Assembly: GCF_006345805.1 (NCBI RefSeq)
Contig: NC_043007.1
Location: forward strand, 65,224,001-65,288,000
Direction of reading: 5' to 3'
Length of the DNA: 64,000 nt
Source: Octopus sinensis
Lineage: Eukaryota
The stretch's first letter is position 1; the number at the start of each line of letters is the position of its first letter. The notes below the pieces were generated by a model. That model saw only the letters and a program-made list of their open reading frames with translations. It searched no databases and was not told the DNA's origin. Both the position numbers and the translations under genes were made by a program. This document shows positions 51,801-64,000 of the stretch, piece after piece.

Positions 51801-52824
51801 CTCATATGATCGTCATAACAGTACCAAACTCACAAAACGGCAAACCCCAGTACACTGCGTCACTCCGTAACTATACTCAGTTGGTGTTAGCTTGAAGTTA
51901 AGTAACAATAACCACAGCAAAGTACCATTGCTGACGCCAAAGCTACAACTGTGTTTTCACGATCTCAGTAATACAAACACAACTGAGCCATTAATGGTTG
52001 TTTGATCTGTTGGAAATATCAACCAAATCATATACCACCATCTCATAAAAGTAGGGAACATTGTACAATGTGTGTGCGTGCGCGCGTGTCGGTGTGTGTG
52101 TGCGTGTGTGTGTGTGTGTGCGTGTGTTTAAGAAAGGGAGGTGGCAAAGGAATGGAACATTATCTTATGAAACTCTTTAGCTTACGGCTGTTTCATAGTT
52201 AAGTGCCTGAATAAAACCTTATAGCTTCATCGGAGCCTCCACATCGGGTTATTGCTCTCGCAATGCCTAAACGATATATGCACACACACACACACACACA
52301 CATTTATGTATGTATGTATATACACATTATCATCATCACTGTTGTCATCATCATCATCATCCACGTGTCTATGTGGTCAGAGTGGATTTAGGACTAAGCA
52401 GCAAACAAACCAAATCTCATCTAACTCGAAACTGTTCTTAAGAAAAATTGACAGATTATGTTATATAGGTAGACTTAGACACTCAGTATGGCTATTCAAG
52501 GTTTCAATGTTTGTGATCATCGATCTGTTCGATCAATGAAACAGCAGCTGCAGCAAAGACAAAAAAATACCACCATTATTGCATGACACACGGAGGAACT
52601 ACGATGGAGTGAGCTATGATTCTTGAGGGAGTAACGAATCCATGTCAGAGGCAGGGGCCGCTAGAAGCCAGATTCATAAAGAAGCCAAGAGCCACGAAGA
52701 AACTACAAATCACCGAGAAAGCCAAGAGTCACGAGAAGGTCCCAAGTCGCAAGGGAGCTACGAATGATGTGAAAGCCATGAGACCACGAGGCAGCCACTA
52801 ACCAAAGCGTGTGTTTATTACTTA

Positions 52825-53100
52825 ACGAGACGGCGTCAACGTAGTCACTCGACTGTTAGAAATAGCCGCCAAAATATCGCTCAAATTACATCCTAATGTC
52901 TTGAATAATGAAAGCGTAAAATAAGTAATATAATTCTTAGCGGTAGAAATATAGGATAGGCATGGCTCGAATGTCTATGAGGATAGGTGCACTCGGCCAG
53001 GGCTGACCTGGGGATGCTATGGTCCTTGGGTACATCATGGCTCAAAAGAAAAAACGGGATAGTCATGGCTGGAATGACTCTGTTTATAAAGCTTTTCAAT
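52825..53100 (-). mobile_element. Interspersed repeat family E
   Basis: TGTTAGAAATAGCCGCCAAAATATCGCTCAAATTAC..AAAAACGGGATAGTCATGGCTGGAATG. Confidence 0.55.
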
Positions 53101-53734
53101 GGAGGCCAAGAGCCAAATTTCATCATCCTCCTCCTCCTCATCATCATCATCAATAACAACAGCAGCAACAACAACAACACCAGCAACAACAACAACATTG
53201 AAAGCATCGGCAACTGCAGAGAATCACTTCTTGCTTCATTTTAATCATTACTAACCATCTTCCGTCGCCTGAACCACCACCGCCGCCGCTATCACCGCCG
53301 CCGCTATCACCGCCACCATCGCCACCATCCCCATCCCCGCCACCTCCACCAACAACAATATTGACACAGACACTACAACCATAACCAATAATACTACCAT
53401 TACGATTATTATCACTACCATTACCAATACAACCAGAACCACTACCACAGACAGCAACAACAATCATTGCAACAATGTTTCTCACTACCATCACCACCAC
53501 TGACACGATTACCACAAATACATCACACCTATCATTACCACCACCACCGCCGCCGCCGCCGCCACCACCACCACCATCACCAGCATCATCATCGCTACCA
53601 ACATCATCATTATCGTAAAATCAATATAAAGCCGCAACAACCACTCTCTGTTGCTGTAATAGTTGAAATGATATTACTGTAGTAATACTAGTAGCAGAGG
53701 CAGCCGCAGTAGCAGTCGTAGTAACATTAGTAAC

Positions 53735-53775
<41 letters not shown>

Positions 53776-53801
53776 GAGGAGGAGGAGGAGGAGGAGGAGG
53801 T

Positions 53802-53902
<101 letters not shown>

Positions 53903-54893
53903 TGTAGTAGTATCCACAGAAGCACTATGAAAAATGAGACTGGAGCCTTGTGCTTATATTAGAATCCATTAGCGTGCAGATTCGTTTAAACGTTGGGGAA
54001 AAAGATGCGTTTCGGTATTTCTTCCAGCTGTTTATGTAGTGAGTCGAAATTCCGCTTAGCTCAACTTTACCTTTCATCCTTTCGGGCTTCGAGAATCAAG
54101 TACAGGTTGAGTCTCTTTTGCCTGGCATTTTGTGGTCCGGCAACTTTCATAGTCTGCCCTGTTTTGAATCTGCCGCCATCAGTTTGCGGATCTGCCACCA
54201 GGTCGGCACTGTTAGGCACCAGACTTGTCTATGTTTGCCTTGGAACAAACCAGCTAATTGTCTTGATACAATTCTATTAATTTCTAATCAGCTGTTTTAG
54301 TCCTTCAGGATGTCATCCGAGAGACCAAAAAGCTAGGGGAGATGGCGTTAGTGCTGAAAAGCGTGAACATACAACATCATCTGTGCTTGAAAAGGTAATA
54401 TTATTGAAAAAATTGGAAAACGGTTAGAGATTGTGGGAGTACTGTGCTATCGGATCATCGACTGAGTATAATTTAAGGAAACAAAAGGGAAAAGATTTCA
54501 ATTTTAATTTTAAAAAATTTATTTATCATCTTTCTTTCAATTTTGCTTCCATTTCTTACCGAGTGTCTTCCTGACATCTAGGACAAAGAAACTCATTGTA
54601 GACATTGGCAAATCATTAAAATAAGCGCACAGTATTATTTCGATTTTGTATCGGTTTGCAAGATTCTTTATGTGAATTCGTGTGTTGAAATAAATTTTGT
54701 TGTTTCTAGGGAAAGTCATTATGCCAATATTATCAACACACTCACTGGTTCAATTCCAGTCCTTTATCATTAGTCAAGTAGTTAAATATCCATCTAACTA
54801 ATCGATTGTTTGTTTAATTTCGTTAAACAGTAAGTCATTTGTTTCGTTTTTATTTGTCAAAAAAGAACCATAACAAATTATTATTATTATCGT

Positions 54894-54925
<32 letters not shown>

Positions 54926-55578
54926 ATTATTATTATTATTATTATTATTGTTGTTGTTGTTTTTGCTGTTATTATTATTATTGTTGTTGTTGTTGTGTTG
55001 TTGTTGTTGTTGTTATTATTATTATTATTATTATTATATTATTATTATTATATTATTATTATTATTATTTTGTTGGCAATGAAAAGTAGCAAAGTTTAAA
55101 AGTTCAGAAAACTTTGAAAGATGCCAGGAGCAGACCGAAGATGCCATCGAGCAGGACAAAAGTTTTCGATAAACGACAAGAAGTTAGACTACGATTTTGA
55201 ATTTTCGTAAGTATAAGTGCTGACATAGAATTCCAGTAGATAGTGTGCGCGGGGTAAAGGTGTAGCGCAGACACAAAAGCTGCATCAAAGTCTGTAGTTG
55301 AATTTGCAGAATTAGTGGCAACGGAAGATTTATTCCCCAGAACAAATGCACAATGCAAACAAAACTACTCTATATTGGAATCGTATACCACGAAAAGCCC
55401 TTGCCCAAGACATTGTAGAATGTCCATCTGGGTGCATGGATTCTAATTATAAGGTATTAATTCTAAATATAGATGCTTCCCAACCACTTGGTTCCGAGTC
55501 CAGTCACTGCGTGAAACTATACTGAGGTGTAACTGTAATTCATACTTCATAATTAATGAAAAAAATAATATATATGTA

Positions 55579-56237
55579 CGAGAGCAAGTCAAAAATTATC
55601 CGGAATTTCGCCATAACGTATCTTAATTATTGTCACACTGCCTTCTGCGCATACGTGCTTATAGTTGGTACTATTGTGGTCACGTGATCGATGTTTGAGC
55701 ATGATTTTGTCACTTTTCTGTTTGGCATTACAGTATAAACATAGCCGCTCCACTAGCAATGTGCATGAAAGAAGACCAAACAGCAGTGATCCGATTTCTC
55801 TGGTCGAAAGGTGCTGAAATTCATCGGAGGCATTTAGCACAATACGGGGACAGTGCATTACTTCGTAGAAGTATGTATGAGTGGATAGAGAAATTTAAAA
55901 GTGGCTGGACAAGCGTGACTCACGAAGAGGAAGGAGGACGCCCGTCAACTTCCACCACTGACGAGAAGAATCAGCAAGTTCGAGTCATGGTAATGATGAA
56001 CCGGTTCACCATTACCATCTGTCGGATCACTACTTTTTGTTCTTTTTTGGTGCACATTGCTAGTGGAGCGGCCATGCTTACACTGTAAAGTCAGAAATAA
56101 AAATGGCACGATCAGACTTAAAGTTCGATCACGTGACCACAATAGTATCAACTATAAGTACGCATGCGCAGAAGGCGGTGTGACAATAATAAAGATATGT
56201 TATGGTGAAAGTGCAGATAATTTTTGACTTCCCCTAG
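55579..56237 (+). mobile_element. Mariner-derived fold-back MITE retaining the transposase HTH
   Basis: TA then CGAGAGCAAGTCAAAAATTATC..GATAATTTTTGACTTCCCCTAG; inverted arms of about 216 bp; ORF 55759-56088 AVIRFLW..AEIHRR..YGDSAL..YEWIEKFKSG..GRPSTS. Confidence 0.9.
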
Positions 56238-56262
56238 CACATAGGCACAGGTGTGGGTGTGT

Positions 56263-56356
56263 GGTAAGAAGTTAGGTTCCCAAGCACATGGTTCCGGGTT
56301 CGGTCCCACTGTGTGACGCCTTGGGCAAGTATCTTTTTACTATAGCCTCAGGTCGA
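56263..56356 (+). mobile_element. SINE family B head fragment
   Basis: GTGTGGTAAGAAG..CACATGGTTCCGGGTTCGGTCCCAC..CCTTGGGCAAG. Confidence 0.8.
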
Positions 56357-57550
56357 CTAAAGTTCGCATCGCAATCTCAAGGCTCCTGGTTCGAAACACC
56401 AGCATAGCATCTTTGACAAATGTAATTTTCTATATCCTTGAGTCGACCCATTCCTTATGAGTGAAAACGAGTGACAGGAACTGCACAGAAGCTCGTCGGG
56501 TGGATTGTACTGGTAATTCAAAAGGTACAGCCTTGTCAGACACAATGTCACGCTGATTCTACCTGAATATTACATTAAGGGTACACGGGTCTTTTGAATA
56601 TTCATAATCACTTACACATTAATTCTAGAGCAGGTAAAACTTTTGATAGAATAACTGAATCCTCACCATTGAACGACGGATTTTCATTGGATAAGAGTAA
56701 GGAAACCGGGCGCGTCATCTCTGATCAGCGATCGACACTAAATAAATATCTAATGAAGCCTTATAAATAAATATAGATAGCTATTGTTGTTAGAAAATAT
56801 CAATATTATCCTCCGTTACTATTAGAATCGGTAGATGTGCCGACCAAACCCATGCACCTTATTGCTATAGCTCTTTCGTTAAAGTTGAGTTCAAATCCTG
56901 CCAAATTTTGCCGTCCTTCTTTCAGGGTTGATTTGGTATTCCTACAAAGTGTCCAAGATGTAAATGGAATTATAATAGACACCAGTATATTAGACATGCA
57001 GATCAACCCAAGTACTCAAGTATATTCGACACCCGTATAATAGACACCCTGATAAACTTAGATACAGCAATACCCAAAGATGCTCGAAACGTAACAATCA
57101 CAACATAGGCACATGAGATTATGAAGCCATATATTATGGCTACGTTATCTTGTATGTTTTTATGTTTTTAAGACGATAGGTTACGCTAGGTACAGTAGAT
57201 TTTAATTTTAACTCTGCTGACAATAATGACAGATTAACAGAAACAGGACATGAAGGTTTATTGTACAAAAGTTTTAGTGAAGATCCCTCGTGAGGAGGGA
57301 AAAATCTCAACTTTCGGTGAAAGGTGCTTTTACAACGTACGAAGAAAAATGTAAAGAGGTTTGTAGATGAAAGTAGGGAAAAAAATGAATTGGGGGAAAG
57401 GTAGAGTCAAGAATTATACGAAGAGGTAACTGCAGGGAGTAAGAAATGTAGAGATTAAGACATGAGTCGTAAGGGAGAACTGGTAGAGTAGCGTAATTTA
57501 ACATGCGCTTCCACCTTGGAGGACTGGTCACACACACACACACACACACA

Positions 57551-57582
<32 letters not shown>

Positions 57583-57779
57583 AACATACACATATACATA
57601 CATTTACACATATACATACATTTACACTTCAGAATACATACAATTACATGTGTGCGTGTGCGTGCGAGTGAAAGAAAGAGAGAGAAATACATATACATAA
57701 TACATATACACATATAAATATATGAATATATATGCTTTTATGTATGAGTGTGTATGTATATTATATATATATATATATA

Positions 57780-57811
<32 letters not shown>

Positions 57812-57900
57812 ATATAATTATATATATATATATACCAGGTGGTGCTATTAAGTTAGACATGGCCTGGGCCAATAATGGCCGAAGCTATCAAAGTGTCAAA

Positions 57901-57953
<53 letters not shown>

Positions 57954-58049
57954 TATGTATATGTATGTATGTATGCACGTATGTATGTATGTGCGTACAT
58001 GTATAAGTATATGTGTGTTTATATGTATATATATATATATATATATGAC

Positions 58050-58295
58050 AGAAGGTTTGAAAATGCAATTTTAAAAGATGTATATTCACTTGACCGGTTT
58101 CACTTTTTTAGAAAAGGATTGTCAAAAGTATCATGTAAAAGCTTTGTTGTGTTAGGTACTGGTTGTCACAAAATATTGACAACCAGTACCTAACACAACA
58201 AAACTTTTACGTGTTACTTTTGACAATCTTTTTCTATATAAATGAAACCGGTCAAGTGAATAAATATCTTTTAAAATTGCATTTTCAAATCTTCT
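58050..58295. repeat. Fold-back palindrome (arms about 119 bp, 8-nt loop); each arm carries a hammerhead-like motif
   Basis: ...GTTAGGTACTGGTTGTCA-CAAAATAT-TGACAACCAGTACCTAAC...; TACTT-TTGACAA...GAAACCGGTC-AAGTG on both strands. Confidence 0.9.
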
Positions 58296-58790
58296 TTCTT
58301 ATATAATTCCACTCGTGCGGTACCTTACAACTTCACTTTGTTATATATACACTTACGTACATAGACACCTACCTAATTTAGCTCCATTATAATAAGAACA
58401 ACAATACGAGAGGTGGGAGAACAGAAAAAGTGGTGAGAGGCCGACCGGGTTCCAAGAAATGTCTATTACTAGTAATCACAGGGTTTTGCGTTCAAATAAT
58501 TATCACACACGTGAAAGAAGGGGGAAAACAAGGAAATCTCTACAACAAATAACAGCTTGTATGTATGTGTGGCAATATATATTATATATCTATATATATA
58601 TATATATATAATATATATATATAGTGATGGTTTGTTGCTAACTTGATGTGGCAGTCCCAGCAAAGGGAAGAATGCTACTGCTATTTAGCCCCAGGAAACA
58701 TCGTTTCCAGTTGGCTATGTGACACAAGCATTCTGTGTCCTTAAGTTTTCAAACAGAGGAGAAAAGCACCTCCAACCAGCAGAGCCAGCA

Positions 58791-58833
58791 TCCAGAGACT
58801 AGTTTCAGAGTCATTGCTCTTCATCAGTCTGGA
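58791..58833 (-). ncRNA. Minimal type I hammerhead ribozyme, intact core
   Basis: UCCAGA-CUGAUGA-AGAG[CAAUGA]CUCU-GAAA-CUAG-UC-UCUGGA; palindromic ACUAGU stem III; stem I extends (CCAGC/GCUGG). Confidence 0.9.
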
Positions 58834-59026
58834 GTAGCTGGGTTTGTTAGATGTCGATGCTTACTCACCTTTGAAAACTTATAGAGTTTCAAGTGAAATA
58901 AATTCACTGATCTACAAAATTAGAAATATTGCATTCTTCCCCTTCCTGGGACTGCCACATTAAGTTGGCAACAAACCATCAGTTTATCCTGCTGTTGCTG
59001 TTTGTTTGTTTGCTTGTTTGTTTGTT

Positions 59027-59367
59027 GAGTGCCTGGGAGCAGTCCGAAGCGTGGTCCTTTGCTATTCGTAAGACCCGCAGAAGAGAAAGCAGGTCAACCC
59101 CCGATACCGGGAGCATCGGCGGATGGATGAATGCGCATCCAGGCTCAGCAGTTGCGTAGGAAGTCGGGGACAAGAAACAGGAAGAAAGAGTGAGAGAAAG
59201 TTGGGGCGAAAGAGTACAACAGGGGTCGCCACCACCCCTGCCGGAGCCTCGTGGAGCTTTAGGTGTTTTCACTCAATAAACACACGCAACGCCCGGTCTG
59301 GGAATCGAAATGGCGCTCTTACGTCCGCGAGTCCGCTTCCCTAACCATTGGGCCATTGCACCTCCAC
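59027..59367 (-). mobile_element. tRNA-derived SINE, family F (GC-rich, with (AAAC)-like tail)
   Basis: Head TGGCCCAATGGTTAGGG..TTCGATTCCCAGACCGGGCGTTG. Confidence 0.75.
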
Positions 59368-59559
59368 TTGCTGCTGCTGTATAATTCTCTCTGAGAGATT
59401 TAGAAATGCAATATTTCTAAAATACACACAACACACACGCGCGCCACACACACATAAACACAAACACACACACACACACGCACATATATATATATACACA
59501 CATACTCACACACACAAACATATATGTATATGTATTTACACATGTATATTTATCTGTGA

Positions 59560-59740
59560 TTGTGTATGTCCTCAAAACTGCTACATAACCGGTGCTGGTT
59601 TGATTACGTCACATAACATGGAAGTTTCGGCAAAAGAAACGGATAGAATAATTACCGGACTTAAAAGAGAATAAGTACTGGGATCGACTCGTTCGACTAA
59701 CATCTTTGACGCGGTGCCCCAGCAAGGGCGCAGTCGAAAA
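59560..59740 (+). mobile_element. SINE family B, 3' portion
   Basis: ATAACCGGTGCTGGTTTG..TTCGGCAAAAGAAACGGATAGAATAA..GCGGTGCCCCAGC; another copy at 61970-62135. Confidence 0.7.
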
Positions 59741-60534
59741 ACGAACACACATGTGGGTATGTGTATGTGTTTGCGTGTGTGTGTGTGTGAGAGAGAGAAG
59801 TGAGAGAGACACAGAAAGAGCGTCTGTGTGAGCGCGTGTATGAGTATATGTGACTGTGCGTGCATGTGAGTATATGTGCGCGCGCTTGTGTGCAAGATCC
59901 GCGCGCACGCGCCTGTCTATGAGTGAGTGCGCGCGAACGACGGGATGGTAAATGCCAAAAAGCGACGAGGTGGTCATCGTTCACACCCGCAAGTTCAATA
60001 TAATTGATGTGAGGGTATTCGAATAACGTAAAGGGAGATAATGCATATTGTCTACTGTTCCAACGATTCTGTCAAGTAGCAGCAGTAGCAGTAGTTCTTG
60101 CATGAGCAGCAGCAGCAGCAACAATAGTAGTAGTAGTAGTAGTAGTGGTGGATCGTGACACTATATTTTGCCGCTAGTCATTGTATCACAGTTGTGTCAG
60201 CATAAATCTATAGTCACCATGGACACCGGGTGTCTTCATTGTTTTTACAAGTTTTTATGTTGCTGTACATGTAACTTAAGAATGATTGTACAAACACATA
60301 CACACATACAAAAACACACACAGACATGTACGCACAGATACTACACACAGAGATATATATATATATATTATATATATATATAGATATATATAATATATAA
60401 TATATATTATAGTAATCCAAACAAGAAAACAGAAAAAAACACAGCAACGCGAGGAAGTGGAACAATTAAAGTATTATTTGACGCTCAGGAAGAAGGGAAG
60501 AAGGGTTTATGTATATATATTATATGTATGTATG

Positions 60535-60643
<109 letters not shown>

Positions 60644-60746
60644 TATATATATTATATGATGTATGTATATGTATATATATATATATATTATATAATATAT
60701 ATATATATATATATATTATAATATATATATATATATATATATAATA

Positions 60747-61277
60747 TAGGGTAGAGGCGTTTTTATGCGATTTTCGATTTCGTGATGGGGTTAGTGCGGA
60801 AAAGTATTAATGGACATCAAAATAATTGGTCTTAAATCTTAGAACTCTGCGACAATATCTTTTGTCTCCACAAATGCATCGATAAATGGGAAAAGGGGAA
60901 AACAATATCTCTACTTATTTATTAGCTATAAAATACAGTTTTTATTACATCTTCGTCGGCTAGTTTCTGAATGACTGCGATGAAATTACTCTGAAATACG
61001 ACTTAAAGTTTTTTGTATTTTTCTTTCTGTGACTTCATCTTCTGTTTCCACAAGGAGGAACAGGGATGTACAGTAATCTACATATACATGAAAATTTTTC
61101 TGATTTTCTGAATTCGATAAATTACAATATTTACGATGTTTTTCCATATTTTGTGGCGTTTGAGGAGGCAGAAGATGAAAATATTGCCGAATTTTAGACC
61201 AATTATTTTCATGTCCATTCACAACTTTTCCGCGCTACCCCCATCACGAAATCGAAAGTCGTGAATATTCCACCCTA
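60747..61277. mobile_element. MITE with long (about 140 bp) imperfect terminal inverted repeats
   Basis: TAGGGT..TTTCGATTTCGTGATGGGG..GCGGAAAAGT..AATGGACAT..AAAATAATTGGTCT matches the reverse complement of the right end. Confidence 0.85.
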
Positions 61278-61679
61278 AAACACCACACACACACGCACGC
61301 GCACACACACACGCGCACACACACACACACACACTCACACACAAACACACACTCACACACTCACACACTCACACACTCACACACACACATATCCCCGTGT
61401 GTGTATGTCTGCGCATGTGTGCGGTATGTGCGCGCGCATTTGTGTGTATCTGTAATCCAACATACTACTATAATCGGTATGTGATTTTGAGCATGGCCAC
61501 AGTCCAGAGATTGTAAGCAATTCAAGCATCAATATACATACATACATACATACATACATACATACATACATACATACATACATACATACATACATACGTA
61601 CATACATACATATACGTACGTACGTACATACCTACATACATACGTACATACACATACACATACACATACATACATACAT

Positions 61680-61945
61680 GGTTGTTGGTGGTTGCCAACT
61701 CATTATGCAGAGTTTCTCCATCACCTGTACCTACACCATAGCACCATCATGGCATCTGATGTGGCTTTTTAAACCAGACAATGTTCTGAAAATACGCCCA
61801 CATAGATTGCACCTCCGATTTGGACCACCAAGAGCTGCAGATAAGTTCTGCTCTTTGTGGATCTTAAAATGTCTCTTGAGGCCTCCGTTGGATTTGCGAA
61901 CCTTCTGGCATACACTGCATTCAAAAGTGTGCACAGACATATAGG
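61680..61945 (-). mobile_element. Two C2H2 zinc fingers plus stop and short 3' UTR into (TATG)n; probable 5'-truncated LINE 3' end
   Basis: FECSVCQKVRKSNGGLKRHFKIH and CNLCGRIFRTLSGLKSHIRCH; no TGEKP linker; no clear splice acceptor. Confidence 0.6.
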
Positions 61946-62499
61946 CAAAATAAATACATACATACATGTTTGACATGTTGGTGTATTTAAGTCTCTGTAA
62001 AATAGCGGTTCAGCAAGGGAGGCCGTTAAAATGAATACCTGGCTTAAAAGAAAATCCTTGGGTCGATTTTGTCAATTAAATCTTTCAATGTGGTGCCCCA
62101 GTATGGCCGTAGACAAATGTCTGAGACAAATAAAAAAAATTAAAAAACATATATGTCTGACACACAGATATACGCCAACACCGAAGGTTTATTTGCACCC
62201 ATAAGATCTTGGGTTAGGTCCATCTGAGTTATATCACTGCAGTAAACTTAGGCCGTACGATTGAATTCGGCCAGTCGGAAAATCTGTAGAATAGCATCGG
62301 GTGAGCTGTATTTGCCCTTCAAAAGACCAGCTTTGTCATACTGTGTCATGATAATGTTAATTGGGTAATACACTAGAATCTGTGGAATACTTTGCAAGAC
62401 TTCGTACGCTAACTCATTGAATAGGTAACTTGTCCGGTGATCGAAATCGACAGGAGAATCCATCACATATGTATATATGCAATAAATATTGATTTCATA

Positions 62500-62692
62500 T
62501 TTTGGCACAAGACCCGCAAGTCAATTACATTGACCCTCACCTCCCCCAGTGCTCAGCTGGTACTTATTTTATCGACGACGAAAGGATAAAAAGCAAAGTC
62601 AACCTCAGTGGAATCTGAACTTCGAATGTAAGGAGGGACGAAATGCTGCTAACCATTTGGCCTGGCTTACTAACGATTCGACCTTCACCGCC
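62500..62692 (-). mobile_element. SINE family A, diverged
   Basis: CTGGTACTTATTTTATCGACGACGAAAGGATAAAAAGCAAAGTCAACCTC. Confidence 0.7.
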
Positions 62693-62727
62693 TTTATATA
62701 TGCAATAAATATGTGTGTGTATATATA

Positions 62728-62811
<84 letters not shown>

Positions 62812-62923
62812 TGTATGTATGTATGTATGTATGTATGTATGTATGCATGTATATATATGTATATATATGTATATATGTGTGTGTGTGTGTGTGTGTGTAT
62901 ACGTATATATGTATATATATATA

Positions 62924-63750
62924 CAGGGGCTGGACAAAATAATGGAAACACCTAACATCATAGCATCATAATTTTGCAGTATCTTTAAAACCGTCAAAAG
63001 CTTGGTTATTTTTAAGGTTTTTTGATTTATTATTAGTGTTGCTTAATATGTTTTGCCAAAATTGTTGTTTCTTTTCAGATATCATCAGGAAAAGGCAGTT
63101 AAAATTCATTAAAATGACAGACCTATCGGACTTTCAAAGAGGTCAAATAGTTGGTGCCCCTATTACAAGCGCTAGCGTAACGAAAACAGACGAAATGCTT
63201 GGTGTATCAAGAAGTACTGTCTTGAAAGTAATCACAGCCTTTGAGAAAGAGGGAAAAACCTCCTCGTCGAAACAAAACTACGGAATAAAACCAAACCTTT
63301 CAGATAGGGACCGTCGGACTCTTACAAAAGTACACCTCTCAAAATTACTGCAGAGCTTAATGACTCCTCGAGAACCCAGTTTCCACAAAAACTGTGTTCC
63401 GGGAGCTGCATAAAGCCGGATTTCACGGGAGGGCTGCAATCAGAAAACCACTACTTTCAAAAGCAAACGTTGCAAAACGTTTAGAGTGGAGTAAAAACCT
63501 ACAGAATTGGTCTCTAGAGCAGTGGACGAATATACTTTTCTTGGATGAGTCATCCTTTACCTTATTTCCGACCGCTGTGGAGACAGCCAAAAGAAGCATT
63601 TGACCCAGACTGCCTTCTTCCAAGTGTTAAACATGAAAGATGATCTGTGATGATCTGGAGGGTTATATCTTGGAAATCCGCCAGCCTAATTCATGACAAA
63701 AATTCCTTTAGAAATTATTCAAACTTTGTACGAGTCCATACCTCGTATAA
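62924..63750 (+). mobile_element. Tc1-like transposon (family 2), second copy with several deletions
   Basis: TA|CAGGGGCTGGACAAAATAATGGAAAC; MTDLSDFQRGQIVG, IRKPLLSK, FLDESSF, IPLEIIQTLYESIPR; inverted relative to 41196-42368. Confidence 0.92.
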
Positions 63751-64000
63751 ATTTCTTTCAATTTGACCCCCAATTAAGCAAAAATTCGAGAAAACTCAAT
63801 ATTTTACGATTTCCCTCTCTCACTTCAAAGGCTTTACTCCGCCTATTATCACACTTTCTCCGACTTTCTCTTTACACACATAGACACGCAAACATACACA
63901 TATATGACAGTGACAAACACAAACGTTTCAAACAACTACATACAAACACTCAAACACACACACACACACGTGTGTGTTTTTGTTATTAGTAAAAAAAGGC

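Noticed and set aside
52616-52801. Lys/Arg-rich 61-aa ORF
   Set aside because: Built from degenerate AGCCAAGAGCCACGA-like repeats; no supporting features

Overview
Eukaryotic, AT-rich, microsatellite-saturated non-coding DNA (intergenic or deep intronic). The SINE families and repeat texture resemble a coleoid cephalopod, probably Octopus; this is an inference from recalled repeat families. I can support no host protein-coding gene, and nearly all listed ORFs are translated microsatellites. Recognisable content: at least five tRNA-headed or SINE-like families; three Tc1 remnants and several mariner remnants; a composite Helitron that captured a mariner fragment, present twice in inverted orientation about 30 kb apart; a HINE-like element; a MITE; RTE and R4/Dong LINE fragments; and a LINE-like C2H2 tail. 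The main unexplained signal is a set of small non-coding elements carrying minimal type I hammerhead ribozyme (HHR) motifs. Three have intact cores (23049-23097, 45596-45693, 58791-58833, all minus strand) and about seven are degenerate. One is a 592-bp unit with a 60-bp terminal redundancy, resembling a retrozyme or Penelope pLTR. Another is a head-to-head pair of tRNA-headed SINEs with HHR tails. Long fold-back palindromes recur. All structures were read by eye, with no searches or folding programs run, so coordinates may be off by a few bases.
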